A stretch of DNA of 45,372 nucleotides from an uncultured Candidatus Saccharibacteria bacterium (GCA_964473815.1 CAYYQK010000003.1:108966-154337); one strand, 5' to 3'; positions 28,172 to 36,184 are shown, counted from the stretch's first letter. The notes: generated by a model not told the origin, from the letters alone. Numbers and translations: made by a program.

Positions 28172-28910
28172 AGAACTAAAAAAATTTTATAGTGAACATC
28201 GCGAGGTTACGGAACTTTCCGAAGCTCAATCTGCACGAGTTAAGGAAAAAGTTTTTGCGCGATTAGGTGAAGCCGTTCAAGATGAACCACCCATTGTTTC
28301 ATTGTTAGAAAAATTACGTCGCTTGTTTTTGCATTCGTATATTGTGGCGCCTCTTGTCGTAATTTTATTTGTCGGCGGCACTGCTTACGCCTCTGCCAAC
28401 TCTTTACCTGGTGACACTTTATACCCAGTTAAACGCGGCGTGGAAAACGTACGCTTATTTGTTGCGCCTACACAGGATGATAAGTTACAACTCCAAGAAG
28501 AGTTTGCCCAAAAGCGTTTGGATGAGGTAGCCGCTGTAGAAGCAATAGATTCCCCTGATTCTTCTGAACAACAAAGTCAAAAAAATATAAAACCAGACTC
28601 TCAAACGAAAGTAGAGATTGATGGAAAAGATGTAAAGAGCGACAATGGTGAGGGTCAAAATCAACCAGAGCATCAAGGTCAAAATCGACGTAATCGCCAA
28701 AACCAAGCTCGACATGAGGCTAATCAGGCTTTGGATCAATTAAATCAGACTGGTGAAAATTGGAGCCATCGTGGCAACAAGGAAAAAGCTCAAGAGATTC
28801 AAGATAAAGTTAATCGATTCCGTGAGCAATTGAAACAGCATGACGGGGACCATGAAGGTGGCAATGATTTCCACTCTTCAGGCGAGTCATTGACTCCCCT
28901 GCTAAAATAA
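28164..28910 (+). CDS. Putative membrane-anchored anti-sigma factor (DUF5667-like)
   Basis: Overlaps the sigma stop codon; single TM followed by ASANSLPGD.LYPVKR..E. Confidence 0.75.
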   Translation: MNEELKKFYSEHREVTELSEAQSARVKEKVFARLGEAVQDEPPIVSLLEKLRRLFLHSYIVAPLVVILFVGGTAYASANSLPGDTLYPVKRGVENVRLFVAPTQDDKLQLQEEFAQKRLDEVAAVEAIDSPDSSEQQSQKNIKPDSQTKVEIDGKDVKSDNGEGQNQPEHQGQNRRNRQNQARHEANQALDQLNQTGENWSHRGNKEKAQEIQDKVNRFREQLKQHDGDHEGGNDFHSSGESLTPLLK

Positions 28911-28956
28911 GCTAAGATATTGCTATCTGACACAGCAGATATTTGAACGGATTTTG

Positions 28957-28986
28957 AAACTCGCTGTGCAGGCGAGTTTTTCTTTT
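28957..28986 (+). terminator. Intrinsic terminator
   Basis: aaactcgc-tgtgcag-gcgagttt plus T run. Confidence 0.7.
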
Positions 28987-29007
28987 GAGATTTGGTGAGC
29001 AAAATAT

Positions 29008-29061
29008 GGTGGATGTAGTTCAGTGGTAGAGCGCCGCTCTGTGGCAGCGGATGTCGCGGGT
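29008..29061 (+). pseudogene. 5' part of an interrupted tRNA-His(GTG); putative attL
   Basis: G-1, acceptor 5' gtggatg, D arm, anticodon arm ccgct-CTGTGGC-agcgg and T-stem gcggg are intact, but the local 3' sequence cannot pair with the acceptor strand. Confidence 0.8.
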
Positions 29062-29151
29062 CCGAATCCGCTTGACCCAACACTTTCCTATATGGAAACA
29101 GGTCAGGCTTATGGGTTGCGAGCGATTTACAATTGAATAGTTCCTACTTAT

Positions 29152-29227
29152 GGTGGCTGTAGTGTAATGGCAACACGGCGCTCTGTGGCAGCGCAATCGC
29201 GGGTTCGATTTCCCGTCAGCCACCCCA
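29152..29227 (+). tRNA. tRNA-His, anticodon GTG (complete second copy)
   Basis: G-1, acceptor gtggctg/cagccac, discriminator C, CCA, loop CT-GTG-GC; 8-nt T loop. Confidence 0.88.
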
Positions 29228-29231
29228 GACC

Positions 29232-29257
29232 AAAAATCGCCTGAAAGGCGGTTTTTT
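29232..29257 (+). terminator. Terminator after tRNA-His
   Basis: aaaaatcgcc-tgaaa-ggcggttttt. Confidence 0.75.
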
Positions 29258-29271
29258 GTTAAGATACAATT

Positions 29272-29811
29272 ATGAAGAATATTACTTTTATTACTGGTAA
29301 CCAAAATAAGGCTGATTACTTAGCAAAGTATCTTGGGTTTCCTGTAAAGCATTTAAAGCTGGATTTAGAAGAATTACAATCGCTCGACTTAAAAGAAATC
29401 GTTGAGCATAAAGTTAAGCAGGCTTATGAGATTGTTAAAGAACCAGTGATTGTTGAAGATGTATCTTTGGAGTTTTCTGCGTTAGGTAGATTGCCAGGAA
29501 CTTTCATAAAATTTTTTGTCGATGAAGTTCCATTTGAGACAATCTGTTCAATGCTAAACGATAAGACCCGCAAAGCTACTGCTCGATGCGTTTTTGGTTA
29601 TTACGACGGTAACGATTTACAATTATTTGAAAGTAGTCTCGATGGTGAAATAGCCGAAAGCCCGTCAGGAGAAAATGGTTACGGCTGGGATAAAATTTTT
29701 ATTCCTCAGGGATATACTCAAACCCGAGCTTCTTTAAATGAAGAAGACGACCGTAAAACATACCTTAAGATAAAACCTTTTGCACAGCTAAAAAGTTTCT
29801 TGGAAAAATAA
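29272..29811 (+). CDS. Non-canonical purine NTP pyrophosphatase (Ham1/ITPase family)
   Basis: FITGN.NK, EELQ, VED..L....L..LPG..IK, GENGYGWD.IF.P. Confidence 0.9.
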   Translation: MKNITFITGNQNKADYLAKYLGFPVKHLKLDLEELQSLDLKEIVEHKVKQAYEIVKEPVIVEDVSLEFSALGRLPGTFIKFFVDEVPFETICSMLNDKTRKATARCVFGYYDGNDLQLFESSLDGEIAESPSGENGYGWDKIFIPQGYTQTRASLNEEDDRKTYLKIKPFAQLKSFLEK

Positions 29812-29845
29812 CGGGTGCAAACCCTTATTTTTATAAACCCCCTCT

Positions 29846-30577
29846 ATGCCAAAGTTAAAACCTACAAAGAAATCTAAACCCGAAGTTCACAAACCGAAAA
29901 GAATTACTATCGGCGAATTGGTGTATCGCCAAATGAGAGAAGACCACGCTAAGTTTGGGACTATGCTAAAAGCTCAGCAGCCATACTTTGAGGCCACTCA
30001 AGATGCTTTGGAAAAGGTAAGACTAATTGGCGAGGCGTTAAATAAACAACCTCAACTGTGGGATAGTTTTAGAAAAGCGGCTGAAATAGAGCGCCAACTT
30101 TCTGAACCTATGCGGAAATTAGCAGAGCCGATGCGTCAGTTAAATGAGCATTTAGAAAAACTTAAAGGTATAGGCACATTTAGATTATCACCCGCACTGA
30201 CAGAGATGATAAAAAATATCTCTAAATTACCTATTCCCGAGCTACTGAAGCCAGACCCTGATGAAATGGAAATAATTACTTATTCACCGCCTCCAATCAC
30301 TGTTGTAAAAAATCAACTTAATAACTTGGAAAGTAAATTAGAAGATTTTAGCGAACAAATTAAAAACACAGTAACAGAACAATTTGACAAACTGGCCGAG
30401 CGAAGTATAATAAATGCAGGATATAAAGAGCAGATAGTGTATTGTGGAGCTTGTAACGCTCCTATATGCAAAGTGAAAAACCCTGTTCTCTATACCTTAA
30501 GTATTCGTTCTCAAATTTGCCCTAAATGCAACAAAAGATTAGAGCAACCACGAGACTTTAAAATCAAGGATATTTAG
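29846..30577 (+). CDS. Hypothetical coiled-coil protein with a C-terminal CxxC...CxxC zinc finger
   Basis: CGAC and CPKC near the C-terminus. Confidence 0.7.
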   Translation: MPKLKPTKKSKPEVHKPKRITIGELVYRQMREDHAKFGTMLKAQQPYFEATQDALEKVRLIGEALNKQPQLWDSFRKAAEIERQLSEPMRKLAEPMRQLNEHLEKLKGIGTFRLSPALTEMIKNISKLPIPELLKPDPDEMEIITYSPPPITVVKNQLNNLESKLEDFSEQIKNTVTEQFDKLAERSIINAGYKEQIVYCGACNAPICKVKNPVLYTLSIRSQICPKCNKRLEQPRDFKIKDI

Positions 30578-30599
30578 TTTTGTAAAAATTTAACTGTCA

Positions 30600-30686
30600 T
30601 AAGGCCTACGAGGTCTTATGGCTTGGCTTTACGAAGTCCAATTAGGATAACTCTTACGAGGGTTGCCCTAATTGGGCTTTTTTTGT
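30600..30686 (+). ncRNA. Putative structured RNA/attenuator upstream of the rep gene
   Basis: Three hairpins each capped by TACG with G-U pairs; the last sits on a 9-bp perfect stem ccaattagg/cctaattgg followed by a T run. Confidence 0.45.
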
Positions 30687-30691
30687 TTTCT

Positions 30692-30874
30692 ATGCCACAA
30701 CCTGAGCAAAATAAACTCAACAAGAAACAAAAAGAAGCTATGGCCGATGCCTTAGCCAGTTTTTTCTTTGATTTTTGGCAAAACAGTTCTAACCGACGGG
30801 GTAATGAAGTAGCTACCTTAGAAGTAGGTTCATCTTGTAGAGGGGGTTTCCCTACACCTAAGGTGGCTTCTTAA
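30692..30874 (+). CDS. Small hypothetical protein upstream of rep (60 aa, start moved to ATG 30692)
   Basis: MPQPEQNKLNKKQKEAMADALASFFFDFW...; follows the hairpin cluster. Confidence 0.45.
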   Translation: MPQPEQNKLNKKQKEAMADALASFFFDFWQNSSNRRGNEVATLEVGSSCRGGFPTPKVAS

Positions 30875-30896
30875 TTATCTCGGTAAAATCCCCTCT

Positions 30897-32057
30897 ATGG
30901 ACACAATAAGAATTAAAATTCCTAACGATAAGTTTCTGATTAAAGACCCTGCTTTTTTCAACGAAGTAAAAAGTAGCCATTTTACTAATTCCCCGAGGTT
31001 CAAAGTAGAAAAAACCAACAACGGTTTTAGGAACGAACAAAGTAAAAAAGGTTTTTATGCTCCCAAATTTAAGCTCTTGGATATGCTATTTGGTATTGCA
31101 GATAACCACTTGGTGGTAGAATTTTCAGCACCAAAACTTCTATACGGAACTAACTTAAAAGAGGTAACAGAAGCGGATTTACCCGAAATCATTACTAAAC
31201 TAAAACTATATCTTAAATCCATAGGAATAGGGATATTTGAAAAGAACTTAGAAAACGCCACTGTAACTTTAGTCGCCTACGCAAAGAATATTCCCATTTC
31301 ACATTTAGGCAAAACAACCGAAGTTTTACGAGTGTTATTACCGTTTGATTATCGACCTCGCTCAGAATTTAGGTTTACTTACAAACAAGATAATAGCCAC
31401 GCAGAGCTAAAATACTTCAACAATAATACTCATCTCGTCCTATATGACAAGCTCGCTGAATTGCTGGGTAAGCCCATTACAGACGAAGAAAAAAAGATTG
31501 CTGACTACTACAAAAAAGGAGTTATACCGCCAGAATACGAAAGCATCATCACAGAAACTTTGCGCTTTGAGCTAACATTGCACACTAAATTCGCGGTTAA
31601 GCAAGTTATGGAAAAACATTACGGCCGCAAGAATGACTATACCCTGAGTGAGGTTTTTAAGGACAAAATTAGAGACGAGGCTTTAAAGGCGGAAGTTAGT
31701 AATATTTTCAACCACCCGCTCAAGGAAATCGTATTATTGAGGTCATACGACCAAACCACATTCAATAAAATCATCGACCAGTTATGCAAAAACTTTTCCC
31801 AGTCTGCCGAATTACGGACTATGTTTGACATTATTTATACTCGTGGAATTGGCGAACTGAGAAAAGAAGTAACCAGCAAATCTTCTAAACGCACTTGGTT
31901 CAGGAAGAAGCAAAAGATAAAACAACTACTCAAAGAAATTGACTTACCACCACCGCAAGGCAACATTGATAACGCAAAAGTTATTGAATATATACTGTCT
32001 CAATTTGGCATTGAACCCAATATACGAGAACCGAAACAATTAGAAATCTTTACCTAA
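30897..32057 (+). CDS. Putative replication initiator (Phage_CRI/Rep_trans-like, rolling-circle type)
   Basis: N-terminal DT, EFSAPKLLYG.N, LYDK..E and LRFE motifs recalled from that superfamily; not verified by search. Confidence 0.5.
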   Translation: MDTIRIKIPNDKFLIKDPAFFNEVKSSHFTNSPRFKVEKTNNGFRNEQSKKGFYAPKFKLLDMLFGIADNHLVVEFSAPKLLYGTNLKEVTEADLPEIITKLKLYLKSIGIGIFEKNLENATVTLVAYAKNIPISHLGKTTEVLRVLLPFDYRPRSEFRFTYKQDNSHAELKYFNNNTHLVLYDKLAELLGKPITDEEKKIADYYKKGVIPPEYESIITETLRFELTLHTKFAVKQVMEKHYGRKNDYTLSEVFKDKIRDEALKAEVSNIFNHPLKEIVLLRSYDQTTFNKIIDQLCKNFSQSAELRTMFDIIYTRGIGELRKEVTSKSSKRTWFRKKQKIKQLLKEIDLPPPQGNIDNAKVIEYILSQFGIEPNIREPKQLEIFT

Positions 32058-32226
32058 ATAAGTATGACACTACCACCCTCTACTATGTTACCCTCGCTCA
32101 CCATACAAAAACCTTCAAAAATCACTCCCAAGTATTACCACAATAAGTATGCCAAAAGTGGCACTATTAGATACGGCAATATGTATGACACAGGCTTTGA
32201 AAGACCGCCCTGAATATGTATGACAC
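32057..32226. repeat. Iteron-like direct repeats AATA(A/T)GTATG(A/C)CA
   Basis: Copies at about 32058, 32142, 32178 and 32213; the last two are identical 14-mers aatatgtatgacac. Confidence 0.7.
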
Positions 32227-32265
32227 CTTCCCACTCTAATTAACCCTTAAAAATCTCTAATCACT

Positions 32266-32655
32266 ATGGATACTAATAACCAAACCTACGAAGAAAAAAT
32301 CATATATTCTATCTACGAAGAAACAATCGTCGAAATCTTGGATACCCAATTTGAAACCGAGGCTACGCCACAGCTCATTGAAGATATTACCAACGAACTT
32401 TACGCTCAAGATTATATTTACCCCGCCCTCATAGACTGTGTTCACCACACTCTCGAATACAACGAGTTAATAGAGCGAAACAAAAAAGCCAAAGATAGCA
32501 AACCGCATTACATAGTTAAATATAAAAATCCCAACGCTTATGTTGTGGATTTTACGGAAATAGGTATTTTCTTAACAGAGCAGGATGCAGAAAAATATAT
32601 ACAATTTCAAGACAAAGACGAATTTACTGAATACCTTATTGAGAAAATACAGTAA
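32266..32655 (+). CDS. Acidic hypothetical protein
   Basis: 129-aa ORF ending at a terminator. Confidence 0.7.
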   Translation: MDTNNQTYEEKIIYSIYEETIVEILDTQFETEATPQLIEDITNELYAQDYIYPALIDCVHHTLEYNELIERNKKAKDSKPHYIVKYKNPNAYVVDFTEIGIFLTEQDAEKYIQFQDKDEFTEYLIEKIQ

Positions 32656-32661
32656 AATCTA

Positions 32662-32688
32662 AAAACCCCAGCAACGGTCTGGGGTTTT
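32662..32688. terminator. Bidirectional terminator
   Basis: aaaaccccag/ctggggtttt between convergent genes. Confidence 0.75.
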
Positions 32689-32705
32689 ATTTCAAAAGAG
32701 TAGCC

Positions 32706-32927
32706 TTAAAACTTAAACAAATCTTCGACAGATACGCCTAAAGCTTTGGCGATTTTCTCAACATTTTTAAGCCCGACATTCCTTTCCCCTCTTTCAACTC
32801 CACCCATATAAGTTCTGTCTAAACCAGCCTTATTCGCTAAAGCCATTTGAGAAATATCCCCTTTTTGTAAGCGTATATCTCTTACTCTTTTGCCAAATTT
32901 TATTAGTATTTCGTCGCTTTTATTCAC
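32706..32927 (-). CDS. XRE-family HTH regulator, restriction-modification controller (C protein)-like
   Basis: FGKRVR..R...SQ..LA..AGLDRTY...VERG.RN..L.N...IA.AL.V. Confidence 0.88.
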   Translation of the reverse strand: MNKSDEILIKFGKRVRDIRLQKGDISQMALANKAGLDRTYMGGVERGERNVGLKNVEKIAKALGVSVEDLFKF

Positions 32928-32949
32928 CCTTTAAGGGTAGGCCTTAGAC

Positions 32950-32974
32950 GACTATAAGGCGACGGACTATGAGT
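32950..32974 (-). promoter_or_regulatory. Tandem C-box-like operator
   Basis: Minus strand actcATAGTC-cgtcgcc-ttATAGTC, about 22 nt upstream of the GTG start of the C-like gene. Confidence 0.65.
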
Positions 32975-33053
32975 ATCCTGATATTTATGATATATTATTG
33001 GAAACTACTGATACTTATAAGTATTCAGTAAAATAAGATAATCATATAATTCA

Positions 33054-34028
33054 ATGAAAAAATGTCCCTTTTGTGCAGAGGAGATACAAGAAAGTGCAGT
33101 GGTGTGTAAGCACTGTAAAAGCCCTCTGACCGCAACCTCCCCTGCTGTTGCGACAACAACGCCAACCAAACAACCGACACAGGTAAACTGGAAAAAGATT
33201 GGAAATATTTTTGGCACAATCTTTTTGATAGGTCTTGTCTTGAAGTTTTGGTATATTGGCATACCCGCAGTTGTTGCGTGGTATTTGTTTAAGAAGCGTA
33301 AGAACAAGTTTAGCCAACGCACCAACATAATTGCCACTGCGGTAGTAGCGGTAATCTTTATTGGGGCTGGCATAGCCAACGCTCACGGAAACAGGAAGCC
33401 CGAATTGACCATTACCGAACCGCAAGCCAATGCAAGTGTGCAGGCAAAGAGCATAACAATTAAGGGAAAGGTAAATCCTGCCAGCTCAACTGTGGTGGTT
33501 AATAACACACCTGCACAAGTAGACAGTAGTGGTAACTTCACCTATGACGCACCGCTTGAAAACGAAGCCAACACCATTACGGTTATTGCCACCAACGCTG
33601 GAAAAACTACACCACAAACTTTAACCGTCAGTCGTATTTTTACCCCAGAGGAAATGGCAGAGCGTGAACGGTTAAAGGCAGAAGCGGAAGCAAAGAAGCA
33701 GGCACAATTGGAAGCCCAACAAAAAGCCCAAGCGGAAGCTGACGCAAAGGCAAAGGCTGACCAAGCCGCTTACGAGCGAAGCAAAGCAGGTCAGTTATGT
33801 AAGGCTCACCCTGATTGGGATAAGGAAACCTGCCAAAGAGTTGCAGACCGCAACTACTGGGTAGGTATGACATATGAACAACTTGTCGCTTCATACGGTA
33901 GTAAACCTAACAGTGCCAACCCTTCAAACTATGGTGGTAAAACACAGTGGCAGTGGTGCTGGCACAGTTACAGTCCGTCTTGCTTCTACGACAACAATGA
34001 TGACGGTATAATTGACAGTTACAACTAA
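33054..34028 (+). CDS. Membrane-anchored surface protein: zinc ribbon, TMs, Ig-like domain, Ala/Lys coiled coil, small C-terminal domain
   Basis: CPFC...CKHC, three hydrophobic segments, P.LTITEP...G.F...PL....NTITV.ATN..G, AEAKKQAQ repeats. Confidence 0.8.
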   Translation: MKKCPFCAEEIQESAVVCKHCKSPLTATSPAVATTTPTKQPTQVNWKKIGNIFGTIFLIGLVLKFWYIGIPAVVAWYLFKKRKNKFSQRTNIIATAVVAVIFIGAGIANAHGNRKPELTITEPQANASVQAKSITIKGKVNPASSTVVVNNTPAQVDSSGNFTYDAPLENEANTITVIATNAGKTTPQTLTVSRIFTPEEMAERERLKAEAEAKKQAQLEAQQKAQAEADAKAKADQAAYERSKAGQLCKAHPDWDKETCQRVADRNYWVGMTYEQLVASYGSKPNSANPSNYGGKTQWQWCWHSYSPSCFYDNNDDGIIDSYN

Positions 34029-34032
34029 CCCT

Positions 34033-34323
34033 ATGGCTGAAAAAGAACTAAACCCGCAGGCAGTAAAAGACTGCCCATATTGTGCGGAACATATACAAGC
34101 AGAAGCGATAGTATGTAAGCACTGTGGCTATAATCTCACTACTGGCAAGCCTGTCGAATGGTTGAAGCCCAGCCCACCTACTTCGCCACCCACTCAAAAT
34201 CAAGTTACAGCAAAAAGCGGTATAGGAGACGGGGTTCGGTTAGGATGCGGGATGTTTATTGTCTTACCTATTCTGATAATTATCGGTATAATCATATTTA
34301 TTGCTATTGTCGGTAGCTTCTAA
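34033..34323 (+). CDS. Small zinc-ribbon membrane protein
   Basis: CPYCAE.IQ..A.VCKHCG plus C-terminal TM; start moved to ATG 34033. Confidence 0.75.
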   Translation: MAEKELNPQAVKDCPYCAEHIQAEAIVCKHCGYNLTTGKPVEWLKPSPPTSPPTQNQVTAKSGIGDGVRLGCGMFIVLPILIIIGIIIFIAIVGSF

Positions 34324-34346
34324 TAAAAACAAAAAATAACTTTTTG

Positions 34347-35369
34347 TTATCGCAACAGGAAGTTATTTTTAATTGTATTTTCTAAGGAGTAATTATTAGA
34401 GTGCTTTAGCATACCCAAATATGACTGTACGGTTTGGTAGAAACTATCAAATTCAAGCTCGCCTGCCGTTAATAAATCATCCTTATAAGATAATTTCTTT
34501 AACATCCTGTTTTTGGTCTTTCGTCTTATTCCAATATATTTAGGCAAAATAATGTATCCTAAGAAGTCTATCCCCTGTGTATACTTACGCAGTTCAATTT
34601 TATTAGGATGTAAATAAACCCCTAACCTACCTGATACAAAGACTGAAACCCATTTCAGTATTTCTTCCAAGTAATTTCTATCTTTATGGACAATTGCAAA
34701 ATCATCAGCATAACGAAAGTAATACTTTACCCCAAGTTTATGTTTTACAAACTGGTCTAATTCATTCAGGAAAATGTTGGCAAAGATTTGTGATGTCAGA
34801 TTACCAATAGGAATGCCTTTGCCCTGTGAAAAGCTCCCGAGTATTTCTCGTATCAACCATAGAAATCGCTTATCCTTTATTCTCTTTTCGATAATTTGCA
34901 GAAGCAAGTTATGAGGAACACTGTGAAAAAATTGTTTTATATCACACTTCAAAACATATGTTTGCCGAGAGCCATTCTGACTTTCTTCCCTTAATGCTTT
35001 TCTGAGGTTTTCGACGGCGCGATGCGAACCCTTATCAAGCCTTGATGAGTAAGAATGAAAGATAAAAGTAGGGTCAAAAATTTCATACAATTTAGCAAAG
35101 ACCAAATGGTGAACCAGCCTATCTCTTACAGTAGCTTTGCTTATAATTCTGTGTTTTGGGTCATAGATGTGAAAGGTTGTATACCGCCCGTGTCTGTATG
35201 TTTGATTGACGAGCTGATGATGCAAGTTGAACATATTGTCTTCCAAATATCGTTCAAAGTGCATTACATCACTTTTCGAAATCTTACCGCGCTTAAACTC
35301 ATCCCAAGAAACCAGTATGTTTTCCAAACTAACTAAGAAAGGATAATTAACACTATGAACAACTTGCAT
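34347..35369 (-). CDS. DGR reverse transcriptase
   Basis: DPK.R.I.KA.VRDR.VHH, KCDIKQFF.S, GIPIGNLTSQIFAN, RYADDF, IDFLGY; no internal stops. Confidence 0.96.
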   Translation of the reverse strand: MQVVHSVNYPFLVSLENILVSWDEFKRGKISKSDVMHFERYLEDNMFNLHHQLVNQTYRHGRYTTFHIYDPKHRIISKATVRDRLVHHLVFAKLYEIFDPTFIFHSYSSRLDKGSHRAVENLRKALREESQNGSRQTYVLKCDIKQFFHSVPHNLLLQIIEKRIKDKRFLWLIREILGSFSQGKGIPIGNLTSQIFANIFLNELDQFVKHKLGVKYYFRYADDFAIVHKDRNYLEEILKWVSVFVSGRLGVYLHPNKIELRKYTQGIDFLGYIILPKYIGIRRKTKNRMLKKLSYKDDLLTAGELEFDSFYQTVQSYLGMLKHSNNYSLENTIKNNFLLR

Positions 35370-35720
35370 AATAAAGATTATTTAGACGAAATCCCGATAA
35401 TTAGAAAAGTATACGAACTTTACAAACTATACTACGGTTATTTAGAATTGTTCCCGAAAAAAGACAAATATGCTTTAGGCAGTAAATGTGAATTATACAT
35501 TATCGCCGTCCTCGAGCTCTTGCTATCCGCAGGTAGTCTTCCCAAAGAAAGCAAGGGTGAAGTAATACAACAAGCCAGTGTTAAGTTTGATACGCTAAAA
35601 GTTTTGTTGCGGATGGCCAGAGAGCTTGGGTTATTAGATAACAAGAAGTATATTGCGCTACAAACCTGTATCCAAGAAATAGGCCGTATGCTCGGTGGAT
35701 GGCAACGCTCCTTAAAGTAA
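35355..35720 (+). CDS. avd: DGR accessory variability determinant (Avd, four-helix bundle)
   Basis: FPKKDKYALG, LK.LLR.A.EL, KY.....I.EIGRMLGGW. Confidence 0.9.
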   Translation: MNNLHNKDYLDEIPIIRKVYELYKLYYGYLELFPKKDKYALGSKCELYIIAVLELLLSAGSLPKESKGEVIQQASVKFDTLKVLLRMARELGLLDNKKYIALQTCIQEIGRMLGGWQRSLK

Positions 35721-35751
35721 CAGGAGTTCCTCAATCAAGAGGAACTCCTGT
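35720..35751. other. Perfect 13-bp hairpin just 3' of the TR (minus-strand sense)
   Basis: acaggagttcctc-aatcaa-gaggaactcctgt. Confidence 0.85.
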
Positions 35752-35763
35752 AACCAGACACAA

Positions 35764-35884
35764 CCCGAGAACGACGAGACCACCAGCGTAGTTGTCGTTG
35801 GCATTGTCGAGGTTGATCCTGTTGTCGAAGTTGAGGTTGTCGTCGTTGGCGTTGAAGTAGAGCGAGTTGTCAGACGACTGCCAC
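35764..35884 (-). repeat. DGR template repeat (TR)
   Basis: 121 nt; in the VR frame it has 10 AAY codons and 31 adenines, none at third codon positions. Confidence 0.97.
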
Positions 35885-36141
35885 CACTCAACGAAAATTG
35901 CCGTTTCCCATCCATACCACCAGAACATTAGCCTTACCGCATTTCTACTTATACTCTAATTGTTCTTGTATTTAATCCGCCTATAACAGGCTTAAGAAAC
36001 AGCAAGTAGTGTCTGATGTTTTGGTATACTCTCTTGCAATCCACTCGAACTGCAAAACTCTGATACTTAGAAAACTCAGGATTTCGGTAACGACAATCCG
36101 TAGACGGCCGTGTATTAACCTACTTTCAGAGATATTATACC

Positions 36142-36184
36142 AAAAAGAAAAGCGGGGGCAATGATATTTCACATTGCGCCCCGT
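36142..36184 (-). terminator. Hairpin/terminator downstream of target 1
   Basis: cgggggcaatg...cattgcgccccg with a minus-strand T run. Confidence 0.7.

Noticed and set aside
33005-33425. Two overlapping minus-strand ORFs of 124 aa
   Set aside because: Shadows of the well-formed plus-strand membrane protein gene.
35731-35928. 65-aa ORF spanning the TR
   Set aside because: It is open because the TR mirrors the VR reading frame; no SD is visible and TRs act as RNA templates.
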